Shown in pieces: positions 52,237 to 64,000 of a DNA stretch of 64,000 nucleotides. The position numbers and the translations under genes were made by a program. The DNA is taken from contig OZ024744.1 in the NCBI GenBank assembly GCA_964016885.1, positions 94,798,001 to 94,862,000 of the forward strand, in the 5' to 3' direction. This DNA comes from Eledone cirrhosa. Taxonomy: Eukaryota. Below the pieces are notes generated by a model. The model was not told the DNA's origin, searched no databases, and was given only the letters and a program-made list of their open reading frames with translations. Each line of letters opens with the position of its first letter. The stretch's first letter is position 1.

Positions 52237-52318
<82 letters not shown>

Positions 52319-52323
52319 AATAT

Positions 52324-52408
<85 letters not shown>

Positions 52409-52414
52409 AATATG

Positions 52415-52446
<32 letters not shown>

Positions 52447-52449
52447 AAT

Positions 52450-52530
<81 letters not shown>

Positions 52531-52533
<3 letters not shown>

Positions 52534-52922
52534 TTTCTGAATTTGTTTAACAAGATTCTTTATCTGAAAACGTGTGTTGAAACCGATATTGTTATACTTT
52601 GGGAGGGTCATGTTGCCAATAAGAAACACACGCACCAGTTGCTTTCACTTCAATTTATTATAAATTAAATTTATAAATTTAGGAATTTATAAATTTCCGG
52701 TTGGTTGGTTGGTTTCACAACCAGACGATTGTTCATATATTGTCAAAGTTCTTTCGTCACACATTCTGTGACCTCTTCAGTGACTGGGGATTCTTTTCTT
52801 TTCTTTGCTTTCTTTGTTTCTTTTTTTTTTTTTTTTCTTTGTTTTATAATAAATTGAAGTGAAAGCAACTGGTGCGTGTGTTTCTTATTGGCAACATGAC
52901 CCTCCCAAAGTATAACAATATA
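52531..52922 (-). mobile_element. PLE family A fold-back with an HHR at 52742-52784 (-)
   Basis: Nearly identical to 17750-18032. Short inverted arm 52843-52922 ends CCCAAAGTATAACAATA|(TA)n. Confidence 0.85.
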
Positions 52923-53246
52923 TATATATAAATATACCATGAGATGGTTCACACAATGTATGGTAGTGGAACATCATGCCACTCACTGTTCTACTCAATG
53001 CTAATTAAGAGTTAAACAGATGCAGAAACTATCTCTATGGAATTCAGTAGACAGGTTGCAAAAAAAATGAACAAATATGTCAAGGCAATCAACAATAGTT
53101 CAATATGATCAGCAAATCATCCAATAAAGCCATCAACATTATTGATATATCCTAGAAATTGATTATGGTCATCAACAAAAAATTATTACAGCTAACATTT
53201 CACAATTGATAATGAGGTCAGTTGGTAAGAAGACCAACACAAATGT

Positions 53247-53306
<60 letters not shown>

Positions 53307-53766
53307 TGTTGTGTCCTTGAGCAAGACACTTTATTTAACATTGCTCCAGTTTACTCACCTGTAGAAATGAGATGATAGGGACTGGGGTCCCTATCATTCC
53401 ACTGTAAAGTGGTCATGGAGGTGCCACGGCAAAAAAAAGCAGCCAGCACTCACTGTAAATGAGGTTGGTGTTAGGAAGGGCATCCAGCTGTAGAAATCAA
53501 GCCAGAATCAGTTCCCGTCCCACCCTTGCAAGCAGGGAAAAGTGGACGTAAAATGATTATTATTATTATTATTATAATCCCGCCGAGGTTAACTTTGCCT
53601 TTCATCCTTACGGGGTCGATAAAATAAAGTACCAGTAATATACTGGGCAATTGCTGGCCTTGTGCCAAAAGTAGAAACAATTATTATTATATATATATAT
53701 ATACATATATATATATACACATATATATATATATATATATATACATATATATACATATATATATGC

Positions 53767-53817
<51 letters not shown>

Positions 53818-53823
53818 CATACA

Positions 53824-53855
<32 letters not shown>

Positions 53856-54529
53856 CATATATATATATATATACATACACACATATATATATACATACAT
53901 ACATACACACATATACATACATACATACATACATACATACATACATGGTGGCTGCCAACTCGTTTTCGAGTACAGCCACTACTTTATATCCATGTAGGAG
54001 AACCCCTACCGATGCGCTGAACGAGTGTGACTTTTTAGTCCAGCCAGCGACTTGAAAACTCTGGTATAAACACTACACTTGTGACAATTACTGACACATA
54101 GTGCTGGGCCCATGGTACCATGTGATGACAAGTGCAGAGAGATCTCCAGATATAAAGCAATGCCTGTGCCTGTGCTGTGAAGCTTTTATAGTGAGCAAAG
54201 GCACTGCACAAAGCCAGTCCCACTCTCTTAACCAAGATGATATTTACCAAAAAGAAGAACAAGTCAACATACATACATACATACATACATACATACATAC
54301 ATACATACATAACATACAAAAATGAGTGGGATGAAGAAGAAAGATTTTGAATATGGAATTATGGAACATTGTAAAAGATAAACAGAAGGGTAACTGCAGA
54401 AGGAGGAAACTATTCATATTGAATAAGAAATTAAAATATAAGATAGTGTCAGTTTATGAAATTAAAAGAATATGTGATAGTTAAATATTGATTCATTTAA
54501 TCAGTTAATGGTGTAATGTTTCTAGTTTT

Positions 54530-55200
54530 TAGGAGGAACTTATTAAAGTGATGACACTTAGTAAATACTTCTTATCTTGCATTTAGAAAATTTGTAAATT
54601 TGTCATTGATTTTCTGTATGAAACTTTTCTCTTAATATGCATCTTTTAGTTCCAATTCTATATTATGTGTATAATTGAAGGATATTTCACTTAATGTTGA
54701 AATCAGTAGCATGGTTTTTCAAATTCGAGATGTAATAGGTTAATAGTGTTGTAGTCATCTTTTTAATCAGTTTGTAAATAAACATACAACCAGGGTAGAT
54801 AAATTGACAACAACATTCTGCAGCACCACGCAACCATGGATCACCAATGTCTGAATGGAATATATTTCTTATTGAAGAAGTATGAATGAAGTATTGTTGT
54901 TTAAATTTACCTTCTACCATACTTATATAGTGCTTATGCATTATGTTCAGGTTCATTTTGGCAGAGGGACTCCTGCTTCATAAATGATTTCTTTGGTATT
55001 GTATGATAAATTAAGAGGACACTAGATTACATTCCTAAATGTGCAATTAGCCTCAAGTAATTTAGTGGGTTCACATGTTATAAAGTGCAACTGGAACTCA
55101 GTTTAAATTTGTTTCCATTAAATATTTTTTGTATGAGTAGTTGAGAGGAAATGACTTATCAATTAAGGGTAGGATGTTCCTAACAATATTAGACTTAACT
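54530..55200 (-). mobile_element. Degenerate PLE ORF fragment
   Basis: LIDKSFP..KKIFN..KLSSSC; HYISMVEGKFKQ..H..SIRN; YISNLKN..FNIK. Confidence 0.6.
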
Positions 55201-55241
55201 CAACCCACCCTATAATGTGTATATATATATATGTGTATATA

Positions 55242-55327
<86 letters not shown>

Positions 55328-55481
55328 TGTGTGTGTGATGAGTTATGCCCCTTATAAAATCTTTAATGGAATCTTTGGCTATATGTTCTGGCATTATAGA
55401 AAACATTTTCTTTTCATAGCTTGAAAATGTATTATTTTTAATGGACTACATATATCATAATATATATATAAATATATATAC

Positions 55482-56833
55482 ATTTATTAAAATAACAGAT
55501 TAAAGTTTAAGCAAAGAATTGCTACTTTCACCCTTAACGGGATCTTCTGAAACTAAAAAAAGTCAATCTGTGAACGCGGAAGTAAATATTTCAAAAAACG
55601 TTGCAACCAAAGGAAGACGATACTTTGGTTCGTGGAAACGTTCCCTGGCAAAGAACGGAAAACAAATGAAGATAATACGTCATTATTTGGAGCGGTGAAA
55701 AACAATTACACGCAAAGACAAAACCACGTGTATGGTATAAATGAAGTCGTAGACTAAAATTCTATTTAGGTGGTTCATGGAGACGTTCTCTGGCAATGAA
55801 CAGAAAAAAGCGAAGATAATACGTCATTATGTGGAGCAGTGAGAACAATTACACGCAAAGACAAAACCATGTAAATGGTATAACTGAAGTCGTAGACTAA
55901 AATTCTATTTAGGAAACCGAATGAATCTCGGCTTCAGAGTTAAGAATACATGTAGGTATGTGTGTGCGTGCGTTATATACGTATTTATGTGTGTATATTT
56001 ATATATGTTTAATTAATTATATGTATACACGCATACAGACACACACATATATATATTTTTTATATATATTTTTATGTGTATTTGGTGTATACATTCGTAT
56101 GTGTGCGGGTACAGGCGTTGCGTGGGTTCTGTATGTGCGTGCGTGTCTTTTTGTGTAAGTGCTTGTATTTGCATACCCATGGCAAGTGTTTTCGCGTATG
56201 CTTCTGTATGTACGTATATGGATGCATGTATGTTTATATTTAATTTCATTTACCTCTGTATTTTATTTACTTTATTCTTAACTCTGAAGCCGAGATTCAT
56301 TCGGTTTCCTAAATGGAGTTTTAGTCTACGACTTCAGTTATACCATTTACGTGGTTTTGTCTTTGCGTGCAATTGTTCTCACCGTTCCACATAATGACGT
56401 ATTATCTTTGTTTTTTCCGTTCATTGCCAAAGATCAGCTCCACGAACCAGCTAATAGAATATTAGTCTACGACTTCATTTATACCATAAACGTAGTTTTG
56501 TCTTTGCGGTTAATTGTTTTCATCGCTCTGAATAATGACATATTATCTTCGTTTTTTTCCCCGTTCTTTGCCAGGGAACGTTTCCACGAACCAAAGTATC
56601 GTCTTCCTGTCTTCCTTCGGTTGCAACGTTTTTTGAAATATTTACTTCCGCGTTCACAGATTGACTTTTTTTAGTTTCAGAAGATCCCGTTAAGGGTGAA
56701 AGCAGCGATTCTTTGCTTAAACTTTAATCTGTTATTTTAATAAATATTTGCTCTACGGTTCTTATATATTTGATATATATTTATCCTTATCGAGCCCTCT
56801 TTGGATTTTAGTCTTCAAATTTATTATTATTAC
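55482..56833. repeat. Family D asymmetric fold-back (arms 55482-55948 / 56273-56745, ~90-nt tail) with U4A HHR motifs at 55504-55554 (-) and 56673-56723 (+)
   Basis: Inverted arms, each with a ~130-bp internal tandem duplication. AGTTT CAGAAGA t CCC gttaa GGG t GAAA GCAG cgattct TTGC TT AAACT. Confidence 0.85.
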
Positions 56834-56854
56834 TATATATACACACACACACAC

Positions 56855-56958
<104 letters not shown>

Positions 56959-57151
56959 ATATATTTATATGTATGTATATATATGCATATATATACTATT
57001 TATATATTATATATGTATGCATATATATATATATATATGATGATGATATGTGTGAATGAAGTAATTCCGTCGGAAAGGTACAGGAAAAAAGTGTGCTCTA
57101 TGTTGGTTTCAGAGCTTATTAGTTATGTAATAAACAACATAAGATAATTAT

Positions 57152-57209
57152 TTCATTTACCAGTGGTTTCTTGAAAGCAGATATATCTGTTTTCAGTCGT
57201 CAGAATGAA
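57152..57209 (-). ncRNA. Type I hammerhead, canonical core, GUA site
   Basis: Minus: TTCATT CTGACGA c TGAAA a CAGAT at ATCTG c TTTCA a GAAA CCA c TGG TA AATGAA. Confidence 0.8.
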
Positions 57210-58648
57210 TAAAACATGGTGTTTTTATTAAATATGGATTTGAAAACAAAATATAAGAAATATGAAAGTGAGGCTGAGAAAATAACGGCCGAAGAAGAAG
57301 AGAAAGAGAATACATATCTATCGCTCCAAACTCCAGGTAGAAATATATATATATAATAAATCAGGAAAGAAGGTTGACATGGTTTGCTATACAAAAAAGG
57401 TTTTTAATCTCATAGCTGACAATTGTTTCTCTGAACTGGTAGGTCTAGAGATCGCTATTCGCTTGTTTTCACGTTACTCGATCGCCAATACAAAATTATA
57501 ACCAGTCAGTTCTTCGGAGCGTGCGAGAATGAAGAGGATATACAGGCATGAAAGGAATATACAGGCTACTATATGAAGTAGTAATGGCATTCAATTAGAA
57601 CAATAACAACAATTACAACAATGCTATTAATAAATTATTTGAGGAGACCCTGACATTACTTAGGTGGGGGGTATAGTGTATCTAAGATTTTGGCGTGTAA
57701 AACTAGCTGACATGAAGCAGAAGTAAAAGTTTGGTATGTACAGAGTATCGTAGTGTGTATCAATTTTAAATTTTAAAGATAAGCCAGTGTTTACAGTCTT
57801 TCTTTTCATCTTCAATAACATACATGAGTGGGACAACACTGTCAAAGCTAAATAGTGGGCGAGTTAATACAGAGGTTAAGGAGGTAATATACACATATAT
57901 TTAAACACACACACACATATATATATATATACACATGCATGTGTACATAGACACATACATACACATCAATATACACTCGTACAAAAATATACATACATGC
58001 AAAGAGATAAGCGTGCTAATTGTAATTATGGCAAAAGGAAGGTAAAGTTACATTGTAGAAGTGATTTGAGAAAAACTTGGATTTAGGATCAAATGATGGC
58101 AGCAGCTGAGAAGGAATAAGTTTGTGTGTTGATGAGGTACTTACAGACATTTGTGTGGTATAGACTTGTGAAGGCTAGAGTGTACTTAATGAGTATATTT
58201 CTGTGGTGATTTATGCAGAGTAGTGGGTATCCTAATTTAAAGCTATGTTGTGTTGGTTCGATTCACGGAGGTTTGAATCTTATGAATTTAGTGGCAATTC
58301 TATGTCTGCAGAAGATAGATCTTTCTAACTTATTGTTAAGTAGCCTTTTTACATTTTTGAGGATATACATTAGTTCTAGATCACATAGCCCGCAGTGGGA
58401 CATACCTATACTATAGGTTTTAGCAGCCGACAACTTCGACCAGTTAATACTGTAGTTAGTGCTGCTGTCCTTCAGTTCCCATATTTTTTTGGCGAGGGTT
58501 GTGGAACCCATAAGTGCACGGTTTTTTATTGAGTGCCTGTGCACATACCATCTTTTTTTAAAAGAACCCGCGGTGGATCCTATGTAATTCCAGGTGGAGT
58601 TATCCGAGATGACCGTGCACATGTATACTAGGCTCGAATCGAGACATC

Positions 58649-58978
58649 TGTAGCGGTTGTCTCCCTTGTTGTGACCCCAATAGATTAACATCTAAACGGG
58701 AAGTAGAACCCTTTCTGTAACTTCCGGTCAGAGCCCTATAAAACGAATAGCCTTCGGCTCTCTCGCTCTCATTTGCCTTCCGGCGCCTGGCCTTAGCCAG
58801 GCGTCTTCTGCCAGCCGCGTTTGCCTGGCAATCAAAACGGTAACGACTAATTTTGTTTCATTCTATCATCTATTTCTTTGACATGTCAACTATACTATCT
58901 ACCATTGTTAATTAAATATATATCTACACAAACAATGTATTCCTTGTTACATTCATACAACCCAGTATCCTCGCTATA
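58649..58978 (+). mobile_element. Solo LTR (330 bp) inserted in the left arm of the PLE fold-back
   Basis: 4-bp TSD CATC (58645-58648, 58979-58982); termini TGTAGCG / CGCTATA; TATAAAA at 58737; ATTAAA at ~58911; absent from the right arm. Confidence 0.75.
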
Positions 58979-59068
58979 CATCTGTTCGCCAATGGGCACC
59001 TATCTGGTAGGTGACAGTTACAGTTTGAGGCGCTATTTTGTGCAGCTTCCACATTCCTGTTTAGTACT

Positions 59069-59495
59069 CTGTAACTGTCACCTATCAGATAGGTGCCCAT
59101 TGGCGAACAGATGTCTCAATTTGAGCCTAGTATACATGTGCACGGTCATCTCGGATAACTCCACCTGGAATTACATAGGATCCACCGCGGGTTCTTTTAA
59201 AAAAAGATGGTATGTGCACAGGCACTCAATAAAAAAACGTGCACTTATGGGTTCCACAACCCTCGCCAAAAAAATATGGAAACTGAAGGACAGCAGCACT
59301 AACTACAGTATTAACTGGTCGAAGTTGTCGGCTGCTAAAACCTATAGTATAGGTATGTCCCACTGCGGGCTATGTGATCTAGAACTAATGTATATCCTCA
59401 AAAATGTAAAAAGGCTACTTAACAATAAGTTAGAAAGATCTATCTTCTGCAGACATAGAATTGCCACTAAATTCATAAGATTCAAACCTCCGTGA
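59069..59495 (+). CDS. PLE GIY-YIG endonuclease domain (5'-truncated; mirror copy 58263-58648 on -)
   Basis: CNC..RCPLANRC..SLVYMCTV..NYIGSTAGSFKKRWYVH..CGLCDLE..CRH. Confidence 0.85.
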
Positions 59496-60231
59496 ATCGA
59501 ACCAACACAACATAGCTTTAAATTAGGATACCCACTACCCTGCATAAATCACCACAGAAATATACTCATTAAGTACACTCTAGCCTTCACAAGTCTATAC
59601 CACACAAATGTCTGTAAGTACCTCATCAACACACAAACTTATTCCTTCTCAGCTGCTGCCATCATTTGATCCTAAATCCAAGTTTTTCTCAAATCACTTC
59701 TACAATGTAACTTTACCTTCATTTTGCCATAATTACAATTAGCACGCTTATCTCTTTGCATGTATGTATATTTTTGTACGAGTGTATATTGATGTGTATG
59801 TATGTGTCTATGTACACATGCATGTGTATATATATATATATATGTGTGTGTGTGTTTAAATATATGTGTATATTACCTCCTTAACCTCTGTATTAACTCG
59901 CCCACTATTTAGCTTTGACAGTGTTGTCCCACTCATGTATGTTATTGAAGATGAAAAGAAAGACTGTAAACACTGGCTTATCTTTAAAATTTAAAATTGA
60001 TACACACTACGATACTCTGTACATGCCAAACTTTTACTTCTGCTTCATGTCAGCTAGTTTTACACGCCAAAATCTTAGATACACTATATCCCCCACCTAA
60101 GTAATGTCAGGGTCTCCTCAAATAATTTATTAATAGCATTGTTGTAATTGTTGTTATTGTTCTAATTGAATGCCATTACTACTTCATATAGTAGCCTGTA
60201 TATTCCTTTCATGCCTGTATATCCTCTTCAT

Positions 60232-60352
60232 TCTCGCACGCTCCGAAGAACTGACTGGTTATAATTTTGTATTGGCGATCGAATAACGTGAAAACAAGCG
60301 AATAGCGATCTCTAGACCTACCAGTTCAGAGAAACAATTGTCGGCTATGAGA
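60232..60352 (+). ncRNA. Hammerhead-like motif, U4C core, ~80-nt stem II (mirror copy 57408-57528 on -)
   Basis: GCT CCGAAGA a CTGA CTGGT..ACCAG t TCAG a GAAAC AATT GTC (G/A)GC, with an outer TCTC/GAGA pairing. Confidence 0.7.
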
Positions 60353-60571
60353 TTAAAAACCTTTTTTGTATAGCAAACCATGTCAACCTTCTTTCCTGAT
60401 TTATTATTACTCCAAGTGTTTACAACATAGGAATTACAGCATACCCGCAGCATCACTATGAAAACGCCTTGTTGAGTCAAACCAAGCCAAGTGTTGATAT
60501 CATCCACTACCTGGAATACCATAACTGGACTTCACCTAAGTGGACTGCATTTAACTATTATTTGTTACCCC

Positions 60572-60643
<72 letters not shown>

Positions 60644-60658
60644 GTATATATATGTGTA

Positions 60659-60690
<32 letters not shown>

Positions 60691-60789
60691 CATTCATACA
60701 TGTGTATATATATATATATACATTCATACATGTCCATATATACATACATACCCACAAACATGCACATACATACACACATACATACAAAT

Positions 60790-61200
60790 TAAAACACAAA
60801 CGGCCTGATATTGTTGTTTGGGACCACACATTGAAAACGTGCTGTTGTGGAGATCAGCTGCCCACTTGATGTCAACGTTGTAAGAAAAATACAAGAGAAG
60901 GAGGACATCTACTGACCATTGATGAGGAGTTTGCAGATCCAGTATCCAAGATACACCTTCAGCTTCATATTTGGAGCTACAGATTATAAACCAACCCCTT
61001 TAGACCAAAGTATGACTGAACTTGGATTTGTGGACAAAGAGCGCAGCTCCCTAATTCATACACTACAAATGGCTGCGATAGCTGGCACCTTCAAAATTTG
61101 CAAAACATTCAAGGGATGACAATTTCTTTTCTTTTCTTTTAAAACCTTGCCACCAGGAAGGTGACCGGTCAAAAAAATGTACTTGAAATTAAGAGAAAGA
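60790..61200 (+). mobile_element. R4/Dong-like RLE retrotransposon 3' fragment
   Basis: [35 protein letters not shown]. Confidence 0.7.
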
Positions 61201-61592
61201 GATGCATACACACACACACTCATGCATACCTACATTCATACATACATACATATAGACATACATATATACATACACACACACATACATACACACACACACA
61301 CACACATACATACATACATATGTGTATACATATGTATGTATACATACGTATTGAAACATTTAGAGCAATACATACAATATTATTACAATATCATAAATAT
61401 TTTTTATTATTATTATCATTATGTTGATTAAAGGTAAACCAAAATTTTTGTGAGGAGCCATAACAACAACAACAACAACAATATGAATAAAAAAGTATGT
61501 TACAATAGACAAGCTCCTTAGATACTCACCTACTATATCATTGTGTGGGTCTGGAAGGAAGGGTAGATATTAATAAAATGGTTCTAAATTAA

Positions 61593-61645
<53 letters not shown>

Positions 61646-61730
61646 AATATATATGAGTATTATATATATATATATGCGTATATATATATATATACACATA
61701 TATATAAATATATACATACATATATGCATA

Positions 61731-61772
<42 letters not shown>

Positions 61773-61880
61773 CATATATATACATATATATACATATATA
61801 GATATACATACATACATATATATATATATATACATACATACATATACAGATATACATATATATATATATACATATATATA

Positions 61881-62754
61881 CAGGGTGAGGACGATATTTG
61901 TTCGTAATTTTCAACTGCTAATTTTATGCAAATTTTTTTTACTTCTGTTGTCACTCTTGTCTTCATAAAAACAGTGACTATATTTCCATTATTTATTTTC
62001 AGAATAATTGATTATGAATAATTTTGAACCTCCAAATTTGTGGAACAGACACGGAGTTCTTCTTGGAATCCGCGCCGGGAGGACAAATAAGACCAGAAGA
62101 TCAACTCTCAGAACAACAGGTGACTTGCTGTCTCATCCAAAGGCATGCCCAGAGTCATGCAGACAAAGTTTCCAGTGACAACATTGGTCTTAGGTGTCGT
62201 CATGCTACCTCACTTCTTCCCTGAGGGCCTCAAGCTGAACACCGATGGCTACATCCGCGTTCTGAGTGAGGTAGTAAAGCCCTGGATCGACCAGGTAGCT
62301 GCAGGTAGGCCGTACGTGTGGCAACAAGACTCAGCGCCCTGCCATACCAGCCGAAAGACCCAAGCCTGGCTGTCAGAGAACTTCGTTGACCACACTTCAC
62401 CTGACATCTGGCCTCCCAGCTCGCCTGACTGCAACCCCCTCAACTTCTTTGTGTGGGGCGCAGTGGAACGAGACACCAACAGATCTAGCTGCAATACGAA
62501 AGACGATCTGAAGGCCAGGATCACAAGTGCCTTTAGGGGCCTAAGTCGGGGGACAGTGACGAAGGCCTGTAGCCGGTTCCGAGGCCACCTTGAAGCCGTC
62601 ATCAAAGCCAATGGCGGGTTTATCGAGTGAGATCGAAAGAACAAGTCATGAAGACAAACTGACCCAAGTTTGATAAATAAATCTTAAAAAATAAAACTAC
62701 TGTGTTATTTTTTCCTAGACAGTAATCTTGTGAACAAATATCGTCCACACCCTG
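61881..62754 (+). mobile_element. Internally deleted Tc1/mariner DD37D (maT-type) transposon
   Basis: TIRs CAGGGTG(A/T)GGACGATATTTGTTC in a TA tract. ORF 62145-62630 has WQQDSAPCH..WPPSSPDCNPLN, with 37 residues between the second D and the third catalytic position (here N). Confidence 0.85.
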
Positions 62755-62807
62755 CATATATATACACATACATACACACACATATATATATATATTTACA
62801 TTCAGAC

Positions 62808-62889
<82 letters not shown>

Positions 62890-63026
62890 ATCCATTCACA
62901 CACGGACACACATAGATTAAAAATAAAAAATAAAAAAATAGAAGGAAATAGTTTTATGAAATAGTAAAATAATTTAAAGAAATATAATGAATAAGGTAAA
63001 TGAATAATGGTGTGCAATTTAGACAG

Positions 63027-63240
63027 AGGAAAGTTGATTAAATCAACCCCAGTACATGACTGGTACTTTATTTTATCGACCCTGAAAGAATAAAAGGCAG
63101 AGTTATCCTGCCAAGGTTAATTTTAACTTTCATCCGTCAAGGGTCGATGAAATCAATTATCAGTTATGTACTGGGGTTGATATAATCAACTTCCCCTCCC
63201 CTCTAAATTACAGGCCTGGCACTTATATATAAGAAACAAA
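63027..63240. mobile_element. Two Meta-type SINE 3' halves joined head-to-head
   Basis: 63027-63110 (-) and 63115-63240 (+). Confidence 0.65.
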
Positions 63241-63519
63241 CAACTAAATAATGCTATGAAAATGTCAAATTTTCAAGAAAGAAAGAAAAAACAAAATAAA
63301 TTAACTATGAACATATGGAATCAGTTAAAATCTCTCTTCTCTCTCTATTTGTCTATTTCTTTTCTCATTGAATTCTTGCACACTAACCTCCTTTAACCAT
63401 GATACATGTTACTAATGAAATATCGTATTTTTAATATCTTCTTATTCTCTTTTTCTTCACCCACTTATTCCTGAAAGGATCATGGGGACAGAGTCCTCAA
63501 ACATTCCTTCCAGCAGGTT

Positions 63520-63935
63520 CTGTCATCAGAAGAAACCGTCTCTAACTGATCCAGTTGTGGATCCCTAAGTGAGACCAACCAAATTCATGAATGTTATCCA
63601 ACCACCTTGCTCGGGGTCTACCCCTGTGTGTCCTGTCGGTTGGTTTTGCCCTTAAAATCTGTCCAGTGATTCTTTCCTGAGACATTCTAACCACATGCCC
63701 ACAGTATTGGAGCTGTGATCTCTCAATTTGGAGAAGTAGTGGCTCTACCTGGAGTAACTCTCTGATCTCTGAGCTATGCACTATATTGAGTAATGTTACT
63801 CCAAAGACCCTTTGGAGGAACCCCATTTCGACTGCTTGTATTCACAATCGTATTCTTTTGGTCATTACCCACGATTTATGACCATAGGTAAAGGCACAAA
63901 TACCAAATTGAAGAGAGCGAGTCTGGCTTTTACAC
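63520..63935 (-). mobile_element. RTE-like LINE C-terminal fragment
   Basis: EMGFLQRVFG..IERSQLQYCGHVVRM..RGRPRARW. Confidence 0.75.
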
Positions 63936-64000
63936 CTACTTCCCTTCTTCTGATTACTGAATGCTGGAACTGGCATATTACTGTCTAAATAAACTGATCT

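Larger units (their letters stand above)
57353..60572. mobile_element. Large PLE fold-back: arms 57353-59023 / 59069-60407, 45-nt spacer, 165-nt tail
   Basis: ~1.3-kb inverted arms with few substitutions, each with the GIY-YIG ORF end and an HHR; both ends at TA repeats. Confidence 0.9.

Noticed and set aside
58878-59068. N-terminal extension of the 205-aa ORF
   Set aside because: Made of solo-LTR, inverted-arm and spacer sequence; fortuitous read-through

Overview
Eukaryotic, very AT-rich and repeat-saturated DNA: (TA)n/(TG)n/(GA)n/(TGA)n microsatellites, tRNA-derived CORE-type and Meta-type SINEs, RTE, Tx1/L1, CRE and R4-like LINE remnants, a DD37D (maT) transposon, MITEs and a solo LTR. 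This is most consistent with an octopod cephalopod genome (inference from the repeat landscape). The only plausible host coding sequence is one acidic terminal exon on the minus strand (37016-36672). Most ORFs in the track are microsatellite artefacts. The dominant signal is about 18 asymmetric fold-back (inverted-repeat) insertions of 0.1-3.2 kb from roughly a dozen unrelated sequence families, most sitting in (TA)n tracts. Most have a short arm ending at a family-fixed point, a long arm with an extra 35-165 nt tail, and a variable turn-around point. Most carry a type I hammerhead ribozyme (HHR) motif, often on both strands. About 25 complete or degenerate HHR motifs were folded by eye, including U3-A8, U4A and U4C core variants and 50-80 nt stem II insertions. 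Two families are physically linked to Penelope-like (PLE) GIY-YIG ORFs, so these look like PLE pLTR-derived, (TA)n-targeted ribozyme fold-backs. All structures were read manually; no activity or database result is claimed.
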